The notes under the pieces were generated by a model, which ran no database searches, was not told where the DNA came from, and was given only the letters and a program-made list of their open reading frames with translations. A DNA stretch of 63,856 nt, the filler included, from Limisphaerales bacterium (GTDB lineage: Bacteria; Verrucomicrobiota; Verrucomicrobiia; Limisphaerales; SIBE01): NCBI GenBank assembly GCA_044225505.1. It is 3 parts of 3 records of this genome, joined end to end, with 100 filler letters (N's around TTAATTAATTAA, not from the genome) between each part and the next. Parts side by side here need not be neighbours in the genome. Positions count along the whole stretch, not along the records: positions 45,913 to 63,856 come from JBGAIN010000164.1; 2 more parts are not named here. One strand, written 5' to 3'. Shown piece after piece: positions 48,945 through 58,385 of this stretch. The translations under genes and the position numbers were made by a program. Positions within the stretch are counted from its first letter, which is position 1; the number at the start of each line of letters is the position of its first letter.

Positions 48945-49616
48945 CTACTCGGCAATCCAAACGAGAGTCCCCGCCGCCAGCCGATCGAACAGCGGCATCA
49001 AGTCCGACCCCGCCAAGTGAATACAGCCACGCGACGCGGGACGTCCAAGACTCGGCTCCTGCGCCAACCCGTGAATATAGATGTAGCGCGCACGCGTATC
49101 GACATTCCCGCCTTGGTTCCATCCCGGATCGAGCCCTTCCAGCCAGAGAATGCGATGCGCAATCGCCGCCTCGGGTCGGCCTTGCCAGGTGAGCCCGACC
49201 GCTTGCCGGCTCTCAAACACGGTTCCCACGACGTGCCCGCGCCCGACTTTTTCAGCGATCCGATGCAGGCCCAGGGGGGTACGATTAGACCCAGCCTGTT
49301 GCCCGGTGCCAAATCGCGACGTTGAGGCGCGAAAGCGTTTCTGTAAGCGATAGGGCTGGTTCCAAGGTGGAACCGTCTCGAACTCGTTGGCACCCGTCCC
49401 GTGGCCCCCAACCCAGCGCACGGCCTCTCCCGGCCTGAACCACGGAGAACTCGCCCTTTCAAACCATTCCACGCGCTGAGGGCGAACCTGTGCCACCAGA
49501 ATGGCTTGGGTCAAGGGGATATCCAGTCGACGGCAAGCCAAGCGGAGTGACTGGGGAAGCCTCCCCTGCTCCGCCAGCGGTTGCTCATTCCCTGGCCATG
49601 CTAGCAGCCCGTTCAT
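48945..49616 (-). CDS. L,D-transpeptidase (YkuD) family protein
   Basis: STS..G.G...GS..TP.G.H.I.EK.G, RILWL.G and RYIYIHG...ASRGCI (His/Cys); start uncertain. Confidence 0.85.
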   Translation of the reverse strand: MNGLLAWPGNEQPLAEQGRLPQSLRLACRRLDIPLTQAILVAQVRPQRVEWFERASSPWFRPGEAVRWVGGHGTGANEFETVPPWNQPYRLQKRFRASTSRFGTGQQAGSNRTPLGLHRIAEKVGRGHVVGTVFESRQAVGLTWQGRPEAAIAHRILWLEGLDPGWNQGGNVDTRARYIYIHGLAQEPSLGRPASRGCIHLAGSDLMPLFDRLAAGTLVWIAE

Positions 49617-49658
49617 ACAGCGTTGAGTCGCTTTCCCAAACGTCTCAGGGCAGGTCGG

Positions 49659-50972
49659 TTATCCAACGCTTCGCGGCGTTTCGGGACTGCTCAAGCTTAA
49701 CTTCTTAATCAGAATCTTCGACTTGCGCCCGCTCACTTCGTCGCATTTCGCGCCGGGACGGCGGCAAATCATCGGGAGACCCTTCCACGAAGCCACCTTT
49801 CGATTGAAAATAAGTGAACGCTTGGGTGGAGAGGGCCAAAAGCTCGTTCAATCCCAGTTCGCGCGCCCGGTTTCCGCAAAATTGATCAACTTGCGGCCGA
49901 TCCCCTGATTCTCGTGCGACGCTTTCACATAGAGACACGCCAACTCACCCATTTTTTGGTCGGGATAAACGTGGAGAGCGACGCATCCGACCGGGTTTTT
50001 ATCAATTTCAAAGATAAAATAATCAGCGAGCTGTTTTTCAATGGTCACCCGGGTGCGCTTGACGAGCTCGTCACTCGCCACGGAATCCTGAATGAGCATC
50101 AGGATGCTGCGCACATCTTTCTTCAAAGCGCGGCGGATTTGTTGGTATTCGCTCACGTAGATGAGCGTGCCGATCCCTTCGTTGGAAAATATCTCGGCTA
50201 ACAACCCCTCATCGACGCGCCCATTGATAACGTGAACCCGTGGAACGCCCGCGCGGCACGCCGATACCGCATGGATCGCTTTGGAAATGATTTCCGGCGA
50301 CAATTCGTCGCGATGCTGAGCGATCAGGTTCTCCAAATCGCTTGCCAGCATTTGGCGAAAGAGCTGGCCTTGCCGGTATAATCCATCCTGAGTGGTGATG
50401 AAAATCAGCTTGATCGCTTTGAGCGCCTCCGCCGCCGCCACCGCTACGCTGTCCGAGTTGACCCGGTAAGTTTTGCCATCGCCGTCGAAACCAAGCGGTG
50501 GAACGACCGGCACAATGCCTTGCGCTAACAACGTTTGCAGTAATTCAACATCGACCCGCTCGACTTTGCCCGTGAAAAGGTGGTCGACGCCCTGAATAAT
50601 CCCCATCGGATGCGCGATGATGGCGTTGGTGCACGCCGCACGCAAATCGTTGGCCGACAACCCTTCCAGGATTTCGTGCGTCAGCCCGGTGGCCGCCGCC
50701 AAAGCCAGCCGCAGCGTTTGCGCATCGGTAATCCCGCTCCCCTGCAAATCGGACGCCTTAATATTCTGTTCCGCCGCAAGTTTCTGGATTTGCGCGGCCG
50801 CGCCATGGACGAGGACCACTCGAATGTTCAGCGAGCGGAGCACCGCAATATCCAGGAGGATATTGGGAAAGTTTTCGTCTGTCACAATCGCGCCGTCGAT
50901 ACTCACGACGAACACTTTTTCGCGAAAACGCGGAATGTACTGAAGAATGCCTCGAAGATCCGTGAATTTCAC
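49659..50972 (-). CDS. argA: Amino-acid N-acetyltransferase (N-acetylglutamate synthase), two frameshifts near the 3' end
   Basis: AAK domain (VLVHG, NSD, GLL.E.F..EGIGT) plus GNAT domain (GELACLYV...GIG). The tail continues in other frames as NRARELGLNELLALSTQA... after about 49872 and as SGRKSKILIKKL after about 49742, ending at TAA 49659. Confidence 0.88.
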
Positions 50973-51060
50973 CTGGAAGCGACGGGTTCAACCCTTATCT
51001 CGGACTGCTGCTGATTGATGTGATTGATGATGACGGTGCCATGGCACGCTCCCGAGTACC

Positions 51061-52176
51061 CTAAAGGGTCTGGCTGGGAGAAGCGAGCGCTTTACGCAGC
51101 GCCGCCAGGCAGCGGTGATTCTCCGACTCGGTGCCAATGGAGATCCGAATCCATTCGGGCAAGCCATACCCGCCCATGGGCCGAACGATCACACCGGATT
51201 TTTGCAGAGCGTTGAAAACGGCTGCACCGTCGCGGACGCGAACAAGAATGAAGTTGGCCGCTGACGGGACATACTCCAGGTTAAGTTTGCGAAACGCCTC
51301 TTCCATGAGACGCAAGCCAGCGGAATTGTTCGCGCGAGTGCGCATCGTGTGTTCGACGTCATCCAGAGCAGCTAACGCCGCAGCTTGCGCAACCAGATTG
51401 ATATTGAATGGCTGGCGCACCTTTTCCAACCCGGCAACGAGTTCCGGCGCGCCGAGTCCGTAGCCTAGCCGTAATCCAGCCAGCCCGTAGATTTTGGAAA
51501 ATGTCCTCAGAAGAAGCACGTTGGGATGTCGGCCAGCCCGAATCAACGCCGCCGAATCGAGGGGCGCGTCCAGAAACTCGATATACGCCTCGTCCAGCGC
51601 CAGGAGCACATGGGGTGGCACACGCTCGATAAACCGCGCCAGTTCCTCGGCCGGAACCAGCGTGCCCGTCGGGTTGTTTGGGTTGGCAACAAAGATTACC
51701 CGGGTTTGATCCGTGACCGCAGCTAACATCGCTTCAAGATCATGCCCGTACCGGTGGGCCGGAACCGTCACGAGCTTCCCACCAAACAAATGGGTCACGA
51801 TCGGATATACCGCAAAGCAATATTGCGAAACGACAACCTCCGCTCCCGGCGTTATCAACGCGTGCCCGACGAACTCAATCACTTCGTTCGAACCGTTTCC
51901 CAGGATGAGGTGCCCAGGCGTTACGTTCAGTTTCTCGGCGAGCCGGTTCTTCAGGTAAAACGCATTGCCGTCCGGGTAGAGATGCACTTGCGTGATTGCC
52001 GCTTTCATGGCCTCCAAGGCGCGCGGCGACGGGCCGAGCGGGTTTTCGTTGGAGGCCAGCTTGATAATGTCGCTCGGCGCGAGGTTTTGTTCGCGAGCGA
52101 CTTCCTCGATCGGCCGGCCGGGCTGATAGACAGGCAGGTGGTTCAGATTGCTATTCAGGCGCAGGTGCATAGACAT
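51061..52176 (-). CDS. hisC: Histidinol-phosphate aminotransferase
   Basis: KLASNENPLGPS, GNGSNE, NPNNPTG, DEAY and RTFSKIYGLAGLRLGY (PLP Lys). Confidence 0.95.
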   Translation of the reverse strand: MSMHLRLNSNLNHLPVYQPGRPIEEVAREQNLAPSDIIKLASNENPLGPSPRALEAMKAAITQVHLYPDGNAFYLKNRLAEKLNVTPGHLILGNGSNEVIEFVGHALITPGAEVVVSQYCFAVYPIVTHLFGGKLVTVPAHRYGHDLEAMLAAVTDQTRVIFVANPNNPTGTLVPAEELARFIERVPPHVLLALDEAYIEFLDAPLDSAALIRAGRHPNVLLLRTFSKIYGLAGLRLGYGLGAPELVAGLEKVRQPFNINLVAQAAALAALDDVEHTMRTRANNSAGLRLMEEAFRKLNLEYVPSAANFILVRVRDGAAVFNALQKSGVIVRPMGGYGLPEWIRISIGTESENHRCLAALRKALASPSQTL

Positions 52177-52178
52177 CT

Positions 52179-53270
52179 TCAGAGCGATTCCAAAATGCGC
52201 TTCACATCCACATGTTCAGCGATCAAATCACGAATCAGTGAAATCTTGAGCGTATCATTCGGCCGAGTCTTCACGGTGAGATCGTGCACTTTCGAAGCCA
52301 CTTCGTACGAATCCTCCTCCGCCAGCAAAACGGGGAATGGCATTCCTCGGACAACCTTGAGGACGCTCTCACTGGGACGCAAGTTACCCGTCAAAACGAT
52401 TCCCGCCAAGCCATCCGTTTGAGTAAACGCGGTCGTTCCTGCCGCCAGAATGATGTCTTCCCGGTCGCCCGGAGTGATAATGAGCACGCCCGGCTTGAAA
52501 AAGTTCATCGCGTTCTGGACACCCATCGCCCCAACCACGACTTCGCTGGCCAGATTGCGGATCTGCTCGGAACGATTGAGCTGTTCGGCTCCTAATTCGT
52601 CTCGGATCAACTCCATCGTCGGTTTCGAAAGAATCGGTTGATGCGGCATAACACCGAGCAACTGCAACCCCTTCCGCTTTAAACCGCGCCGCGCAAAATC
52701 CGCGATGTACTCGAGCCGATCCCGATGCAGTTTGTTCAGGATCACCCCGATCACCTCGACCCCTTCGCGTTCAAACAACGCTTGATTCAAACAGACCTCG
52801 TCGATCGGCTTGCCAATCCCACCCTGGCTGACGATAACAACCTTCGCGCCCAGAATTTTGGCCACACGCGCGTTGGATAAATCAAAAACCGATCCCACTC
52901 CCGCATGGCCCGAGCCCTCGCAAAGGACAAAATCCTTCTCCCACGCCACGCGATCGAAGGCTTTTTGGATCTTCTTTACTAATGCATCGTAATTTGAAGA
53001 TTCGAGATATTTGCGCGTGAAATCCGGTTCCACCGCAATCGGGCTCATATCCACCAGCGGACAGTTCAATTGATACACCCGATCCATCAGCACGGTGTCC
53101 TCGTCGATCTTCTGCTCGTCGATTTCGACAAAGCGTTGTCCAACGGGTTTGATATATCCCACACGGGGATGGCATTTCTGGATGGCAGCCAGCAACCCCA
53201 GGGAAGTGGTTGTTTTGCCGTCGTTCTGACGCGTCGCCGCAATAAAAAGGCGCGGAGTGGTGGTATTCAT
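52179..53270 (-). CDS. Phosphotransacetylase N-terminal-like protein (BioD-like P-loop + DRTGG)
   Basis: DGKTT, YIKPVGQ, LCEG, GVILNK, ITPGDREDI and GIVLTG motifs. Confidence 0.88.
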   Translation of the reverse strand: MNTTTPRLFIAATRQNDGKTTTSLGLLAAIQKCHPRVGYIKPVGQRFVEIDEQKIDEDTVLMDRVYQLNCPLVDMSPIAVEPDFTRKYLESSNYDALVKKIQKAFDRVAWEKDFVLCEGSGHAGVGSVFDLSNARVAKILGAKVVIVSQGGIGKPIDEVCLNQALFEREGVEVIGVILNKLHRDRLEYIADFARRGLKRKGLQLLGVMPHQPILSKPTMELIRDELGAEQLNRSEQIRNLASEVVVGAMGVQNAMNFFKPGVLIITPGDREDIILAAGTTAFTQTDGLAGIVLTGNLRPSESVLKVVRGMPFPVLLAEEDSYEVASKVHDLTVKTRPNDTLKISLIRDLIAEHVDVKRILESL

Positions 53271-53359
53271 GGCACACGATCGGAAACCAAACTAAAAACC
53301 GGAGCTCGTCGTTGGAGGCCCGTGGGGGCCTTGCTGGAACGTAAACGGCGGGTCATACC

Positions 53360-54412
53360 CTATTCGCCAGGCAACCTTTGCCCAGCGTCCGGATACAACA
53401 GATTATAAGCCACCGACTGCACTCCGAGAATAGCGGCCACGCCCAAAATGTCGTGCGCATTCGATCCACGCGAGACATCCGCCGCGGGGCGATCCAGGCC
53501 AAGCAGAATCTGGCCATAAGCATTGGCCTTCGTAATGTGCTGAACCAATTTGCTGCCAATATTCCCGGAATTCAGGTCGGGGAAGATCAAGACATTCGCT
53601 CGTCCAGCCACTTTGCTGTCGGGCAGCTTTCGAGCCGCGATTTCCGGAACCAAAGCTGCATCCAACTGGAGTTCACCGTCAAATTCGGCCTCCAAAAGTT
53701 TCTGGCGCGCTTTCTGTTCCGCCAACGCCGTCGCTGCCTGGACTTTGCCGATCGATGGATGCGTCGCGCTGCCCTTCGTCGAATACGAGAGCATCGCCAC
53801 GCGCGGCGTCACCCCGAGTAATTGCCGCGCCAGCTGCGCAGTCGAGACGGCGATGTCCGCCAACTGATCGACGGTCGGGTCGGGAATGACACCGCAATCC
53901 GCCATAAACATCACCCCGTTCTCGCCAAAGCGGCTGTCTTCGACCTCCATAATCATACAACTCGACGCAGTCGTCGCTTGGGGCGCCACTTTGATGATCT
54001 GAAAGAGCGGGCGCAAGACACTACCCGTGATCTCGTTCGTCCCAGAAACCAATCCGTCGCATTGGTGCATGGCCACCATCATCGCGCCAAAGTAATTGGG
54101 CTTGAGCATGATGTCTCTGGCTTCTTTCTCTCGAATCCCTTTGAATCGGCGCACCAATTCGAATCGTCGCGCAAAATTGTCCAGCTCTTCGCTTTCGGCA
54201 GGATTGATAATACGCACCCCTTCCAGGGAAACGTTCAAACGCTCGGCCGCCTCCTTAACTTGGGTCCGATCTCCCAGCAAAATAGGCACCCCCAAGCGGA
54301 GGGAGTAAAACTGTCGCGCGGCTTGCAGGACCCGCGGCTCCGTTCCTTCCGGAAAGACAATCCGTTTAGGATGCCGTTGCAGCTTGTCAATCACCGTGCC
54401 GATAAAGCGCAT
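53360..54412 (-). CDS. pta: Phosphate acetyltransferase (catalytic PTA_PTB domain)
   Basis: KRIVFPEG, ADCGV.P.P, VAMLSYST.GS, DGELQ.DAA, FPDLNSGNI and DVSRG; start at ATG 54412. Confidence 0.92.
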   Translation of the reverse strand: MRFIGTVIDKLQRHPKRIVFPEGTEPRVLQAARQFYSLRLGVPILLGDRTQVKEAAERLNVSLEGVRIINPAESEELDNFARRFELVRRFKGIREKEARDIMLKPNYFGAMMVAMHQCDGLVSGTNEITGSVLRPLFQIIKVAPQATTASSCMIMEVEDSRFGENGVMFMADCGVIPDPTVDQLADIAVSTAQLARQLLGVTPRVAMLSYSTKGSATHPSIGKVQAATALAEQKARQKLLEAEFDGELQLDAALVPEIAARKLPDSKVAGRANVLIFPDLNSGNIGSKLVQHITKANAYGQILLGLDRPAADVSRGSNAHDILGVAAILGVQSVAYNLLYPDAGQRLPGE

Positions 54413-54723
54413 AGGAGAGTAAGTACCGGAGTCACCCCCAAACTGCAACCCTGGATCATCCAAACGGTCGGCGCGCGGCGGCCTGGGGGATCCCGCAGCG
54501 AATTATTAAGTATCTGCAGCGAAGCAACTTATGGACCCCTCGGACCTTTTCCTGACCATCGCCGGTTCCCCTGAGCCCCGGAAAGTTGCCGGGCATTCGG
54601 TAAACTGTTCAACACCAACAATGGAGAGCAGCCGATCGCCTCAGAGTCCGGCCGCCTTGACCGTACTCGCATTGAAGCCCATCTTCACCGAAACGGCCCC
54701 TCTCCTGCCGTATTTCTGCCGCT

Positions 54724-54780
54724 CTTCATTCGGAGGTGACCCACTGGTAACCCTCTTGAAAGTGGGTTACCAGCGGGAGA
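54724..54780 (+). repeat. REP-like palindromic element, copy B
   Basis: CTTCATTCGGAGG-TGACCCACTGGTAACCCTCTT-GA-AAGTGGGTTACCAGCGGG; 44/57 identical to the reverse complement of 394-450 by manual alignment. Confidence 0.7.
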
Positions 54781-54850
54781 AGAGCGAAGGGAGAAGCTTA
54801 GAGGCTGGTTGAAAGAACTTAGCGGTCACCCCGCTAGCCCCTGAAGCAAC

Positions 54851-54880
54851 ATGCGCCAGTTTCACTCGAAACTGGCGCAT
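54851..54880. repeat. Perfect 13-bp inverted repeat
   Basis: ATGCGCCAGTTTC-ACTC-GAAACTGGCGCAT. Confidence 0.85.
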
Positions 54881-55074
54881 TCTCGCGGATGAGCGGGGAG
54901 GCTAGTCGCCACTACCCTTGAGAAAACTATTCTGGGTCCGCTTCGCCACCCGCCTCACGCGACGGAGGGTTCGGCATTTTCAAGGGTTTGGAGCGATCCG
55001 AACGAGAAACGTTCAAAAAACTTTCGGGGAAATGTCCCACGGTTTTCCTTCGAGGTTCCCGGACGCCACGCCCA

Positions 55075-55103
55075 TTGACTTGAAGAGCCCAGACCGATAA
55101 CGT
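55075..55103 (+). promoter_or_regulatory. Putative sigma70 promoter
   Basis: TTGACT-N17-TAACGT, 24 nt upstream of the ATG at 55128. Confidence 0.55.
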
Positions 55104-55127
55104 TTTTCGGAAAGGCCATCAACTCGA

Positions 55128-55859
55128 ATGCTCGACGTCATTGAAAAACTGCTGATTCTACAGGATCGCGACCGCAAGATTTCCCACGTGCGAGCGGAAT
55201 TGGCCACCATCGCTCCCCAACGGGAACGTCTGCAAATTCGGATCACCGATGCCCAGACTGCGTCCGAGGCAGCCAAGCTCAAGCTCAAGCAGTTAGAGAG
55301 CGAACGCAAACGATTGGAGCTGGATGTGGAAGCCAAGAAACTCCAGATCGAGAAATACGCGCTGCAGCAATTTCAGACCAAGAAAAACGACGAGTACCGC
55401 GCTTTGGCCAGCGAGATCGATACCTGTAAGGCGGCCATTGTCGGCTTGGAAGACCAGCAACTGACGCTCATGGAACAGGCCGAGGCGGTTCAAAAAGAAG
55501 CAACCGCTAGCGCTCAGGTAGCGCTCCAAGCCAAAAAAGAGGTGGAATCCCATCTCGCGGACCTCGCGAACCGGGAACAGGCCCTGGAAAAACAACTCGC
55601 GGACCTGGAAGCGGGCTACGAACAGCTCGAAGGGGCGGTGGCTGACGAATCGGTCTTGTCCCGGTACAAGCGGCTCCGGAAACAACGTGGGGAACGCACG
55701 GTTGTCGGCATCGAACACAGCGTCTGCGGTGGATGTCACATGAAGTTGCCCACTCAGATTGTTATTTCATGCCAGGGCAGCCAGGAACTGATCTGCTGCC
55801 CGAATTGTGGCAGGATCCTCTACTACACACCGCATATGGATCTCGCGGTGACGGAGTGA
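55128..55859 (+). CDS. Coiled-coil C4-type zinc ribbon protein (DUF164/CT398 family)
   Basis: L..LQ..D start, long coiled coil, CGGCHM...CPNCGRILY. Confidence 0.93.
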   Translation: MLDVIEKLLILQDRDRKISHVRAELATIAPQRERLQIRITDAQTASEAAKLKLKQLESERKRLELDVEAKKLQIEKYALQQFQTKKNDEYRALASEIDTCKAAIVGLEDQQLTLMEQAEAVQKEATASAQVALQAKKEVESHLADLANREQALEKQLADLEAGYEQLEGAVADESVLSRYKRLRKQRGERTVVGIEHSVCGGCHMKLPTQIVISCQGSQELICCPNCGRILYYTPHMDLAVTE

Positions 55860-55964
55860 TCGTGCGAATTTTTCTCCGGTCGAAACGTCTGAATGGTAAG
55901 CAGTCACAAGGCTGGATTTTCCTTTTGAAATCGGCTGCACATCTGAAATATTAGCAAAACGATC

Positions 55965-56690
55965 ATGAAACAGAGCAACGACAAACAAAAACTTCTCCTG
56001 GTGCTGGCGCTCGGTGCAGTCTTGGCAAGCCAGACCTTCCTAGGTTCGACCCAAGCTTTGGCTGCCGACACCGCCGCAGCCGCTAAAGGTGACTTGGCCC
56101 CTCTTCCCTTGGAATTGCCCCAGCCCACCTTAAAAGGAACGCCCGATGACTTACCCACAGGTCCGGGAATCGAACCGCTCTCCGATAAACCACGCGCCCC
56201 ATTCATGGCGCCGAAGGGAGTCAAGAATGTCGCCCTTCACAAAAAAGTGATCCTGAGCGACAAAAACCCGATTTCGGGCAAACCCGAGTTGGTCACGGAC
56301 GGCCAAAAGGAAGCGTTTGACGATCAAGTCGTCGAAATGCACAAGAACTCGCAGTACGCCCAGATTGACCTGGGTGAACCGGCCACGTTATATGCGATCG
56401 TCGTCTGGCATGACCACCGCTGGTTACAGGTGTTTCATGACGTGATCATCCAAGTGGCCGATGACGCGGATTTTACGCAAAATGTGCAAACGATCTTTAA
56501 CAATGACATGGACAACACGTCCGGGCGTGGCATTGGCAAGGACCGCGAGTATTTTGAGACCCAGGAAGGCAAGCTGATTGACGCCAAAGGCGTTAAAGGT
56601 CGCTATGTGCGGTCCTACACCAAAGGCAGCAGCTTGAGCGCGTTCAACGTTCATCAAGAGATTGAGGTGTTTGGACTGCCAGCGAAATGA
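55965..56690 (+). CDS. Secreted discoidin/F5-8 type C-like domain protein
   Basis: Signal peptide, Pro-rich linker, NVAL.K.V..SD, TDG, QIDLG, RYVR and EIEVFG. Confidence 0.82.
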   Translation: MKQSNDKQKLLLVLALGAVLASQTFLGSTQALAADTAAAAKGDLAPLPLELPQPTLKGTPDDLPTGPGIEPLSDKPRAPFMAPKGVKNVALHKKVILSDKNPISGKPELVTDGQKEAFDDQVVEMHKNSQYAQIDLGEPATLYAIVVWHDHRWLQVFHDVIIQVADDADFTQNVQTIFNNDMDNTSGRGIGKDREYFETQEGKLIDAKGVKGRYVRSYTKGSSLSAFNVHQEIEVFGLPAK

Positions 56691-58345
56691 ACCGCTGGCT
56701 GGGCCTGGGATTGCTCCTGATCGCAGTGGGAGCATTGGCCCTGCGTTGTCCGCAGCTGGATTTACGTCCGCTGCATAACGACGAGGCGGTCAATGCTGAT
56801 AAAATCAAGGGTCTCCTCGACAAGGGACTCTACGCCTACGATCCAAACGAGCATCACGGCCCAACCCTCCTCTACGCTACACTGCCTTTCGTTTGGCTTA
56901 GCGGCGCGCAGGATTACGCTCATCTGAGCGAATCGACCCTGCGCGCCGTTTCTGTTTTCTTTGGGGTCTCGCTGATTCTTCTCCTGGTTCTCTTGGCCGA
57001 TGGCCTAGGCCGGAAAGCAACGATTGCTGCCGCCATTCTCACCGCCATCGCACCCTCCATGGTTTTCTACAGCCGCTATTTCATCCATGAAATGCTGCTC
57101 GTGAGTTTTACCCTGCTGACCATCGGCGCCGGTTGGCGCTATGCGAATCGGCCCTCGCTGCTTTGGGCGACGACCGCCGGCCTGGGAGTTGGACTGATGT
57201 ACGCCACAAAAGAGACCTTCGTCATCCCGACCGCCGCCATGGGGATGGCCCTGCTCGCCACCCGATCGCTCAACGCCCGTTTCCATCTCGCTCCTCCGCT
57301 CGCGCTTCGCTGGAACCTGGCGCATGCGCTTGTCGCTCTCGTCGCCGCCATCGCCATATCCTTGGTCTTGTTCACGTCGTTCTTCACCAACGCCGCCGGT
57401 CCAATCGATTCGCTCCGCACTTATGCGCCATGGCTCAAACGAGCAGGCGGCGATTCCCCCCATATCCATCCCTGGTATTTCTACCTCCAGCGCCTTGTCT
57501 ATTTTCACGAGAAGAAGGGCCCCGTTTGGACAGAAGGGCTGATTGTGCTCTTGGCTTGCGTCGGCAGCGCCGTCGCGTTCCGTCGACACTCTGAAGGTCA
57601 CCCGCTCTCGGGTGAAGGTGGTTCGGAGCCCGCCGATTTGGAAAGGAGCCCGCTCACGAAGGATGGTTTGGCTCGCCCAACAGTCGCTCACTGCTATCAA
57701 GTCCAGCTCGTTCTCTTTCTAGCGATCTACACTCTGCTGGTGGCGACGGCTTACAGTTTGATCTCCTACAAAACGCCTTGGTGCATGCTCGGATTCTCGC
57801 ATCCGCTGCTGCTGCTGGCCGGCGTGGGAAGCGTCGCGGGGATCCGGTCGATTCGGCAACGGACGCTGCAATATACCATGGCCGCGCTGCTCATGGTAGG
57901 CGCTGGGCACCTGGTTTGGCAGGCGTATCGAGCTAACTTCGTTTATGGAGCGGATCGTCGAAATCCGTACGTCTATGCGCAGACGTTGCCGGACTTGCTA
58001 AACCTCGTTCGGCAGGTGCATGAGCTGGCCCAGGAACATCCTGACCGGAATCAGATGCTGATTAAGGTCATGACACCTGACAGCGACTATTGGCCGCTCC
58101 CCTGGTACCTTCGAGACTTGCAGCGCATTGGGTGGTGGGACCGATTGCCCGCGGACCCCTACGCGCCCGTGATGGTCGTGGGGGCCAAATGGCAAGCCGC
58201 GCTGGACGAACGCTCGGAAAAAAAGTGGCTGATGGTACGCTACTTTGAGTTACGCCCCAAAACCTTTCTGGAACTCTACGTGGAAGCGTCGCTTTGGGAA
58301 AAGTACATCAACGCCCGGCAAGCGCGCCCAACGGTCGATGAGTGA
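56687..58345 (+). CDS. TIGR03663/Agl23-like GT-C fold membrane protein
   Basis: RPLHNDEA, Y.YDP..HGP, FYSRYF.HE, ATKE, YKTPW and WPLPWYLR motifs; many TM segments. Confidence 0.85.
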   Translation: MNRWLGLGLLLIAVGALALRCPQLDLRPLHNDEAVNADKIKGLLDKGLYAYDPNEHHGPTLLYATLPFVWLSGAQDYAHLSESTLRAVSVFFGVSLILLLVLLADGLGRKATIAAAILTAIAPSMVFYSRYFIHEMLLVSFTLLTIGAGWRYANRPSLLWATTAGLGVGLMYATKETFVIPTAAMGMALLATRSLNARFHLAPPLALRWNLAHALVALVAAIAISLVLFTSFFTNAAGPIDSLRTYAPWLKRAGGDSPHIHPWYFYLQRLVYFHEKKGPVWTEGLIVLLACVGSAVAFRRHSEGHPLSGEGGSEPADLERSPLTKDGLARPTVAHCYQVQLVLFLAIYTLLVATAYSLISYKTPWCMLGFSHPLLLLAGVGSVAGIRSIRQRTLQYTMAALLMVGAGHLVWQAYRANFVYGADRRNPYVYAQTLPDLLNLVRQVHELAQEHPDRNQMLIKVMTPDSDYWPLPWYLRDLQRIGWWDRLPADPYAPVMVVGAKWQAALDERSEKKWLMVRYFELRPKTFLELYVEASLWEKYINARQARPTVDE

Positions 58346-58385
58346 AATTGCCGGGCCGACTCTCGCCGACCTGCGAACCAAGTCC

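Noticed and set aside
54535..54960. RNase P RNA (often near the zinc-ribbon gene)
   Set aside because: The universal GAGGAAAGTCC and terminal CGGCTTA motifs are not found on either strand.
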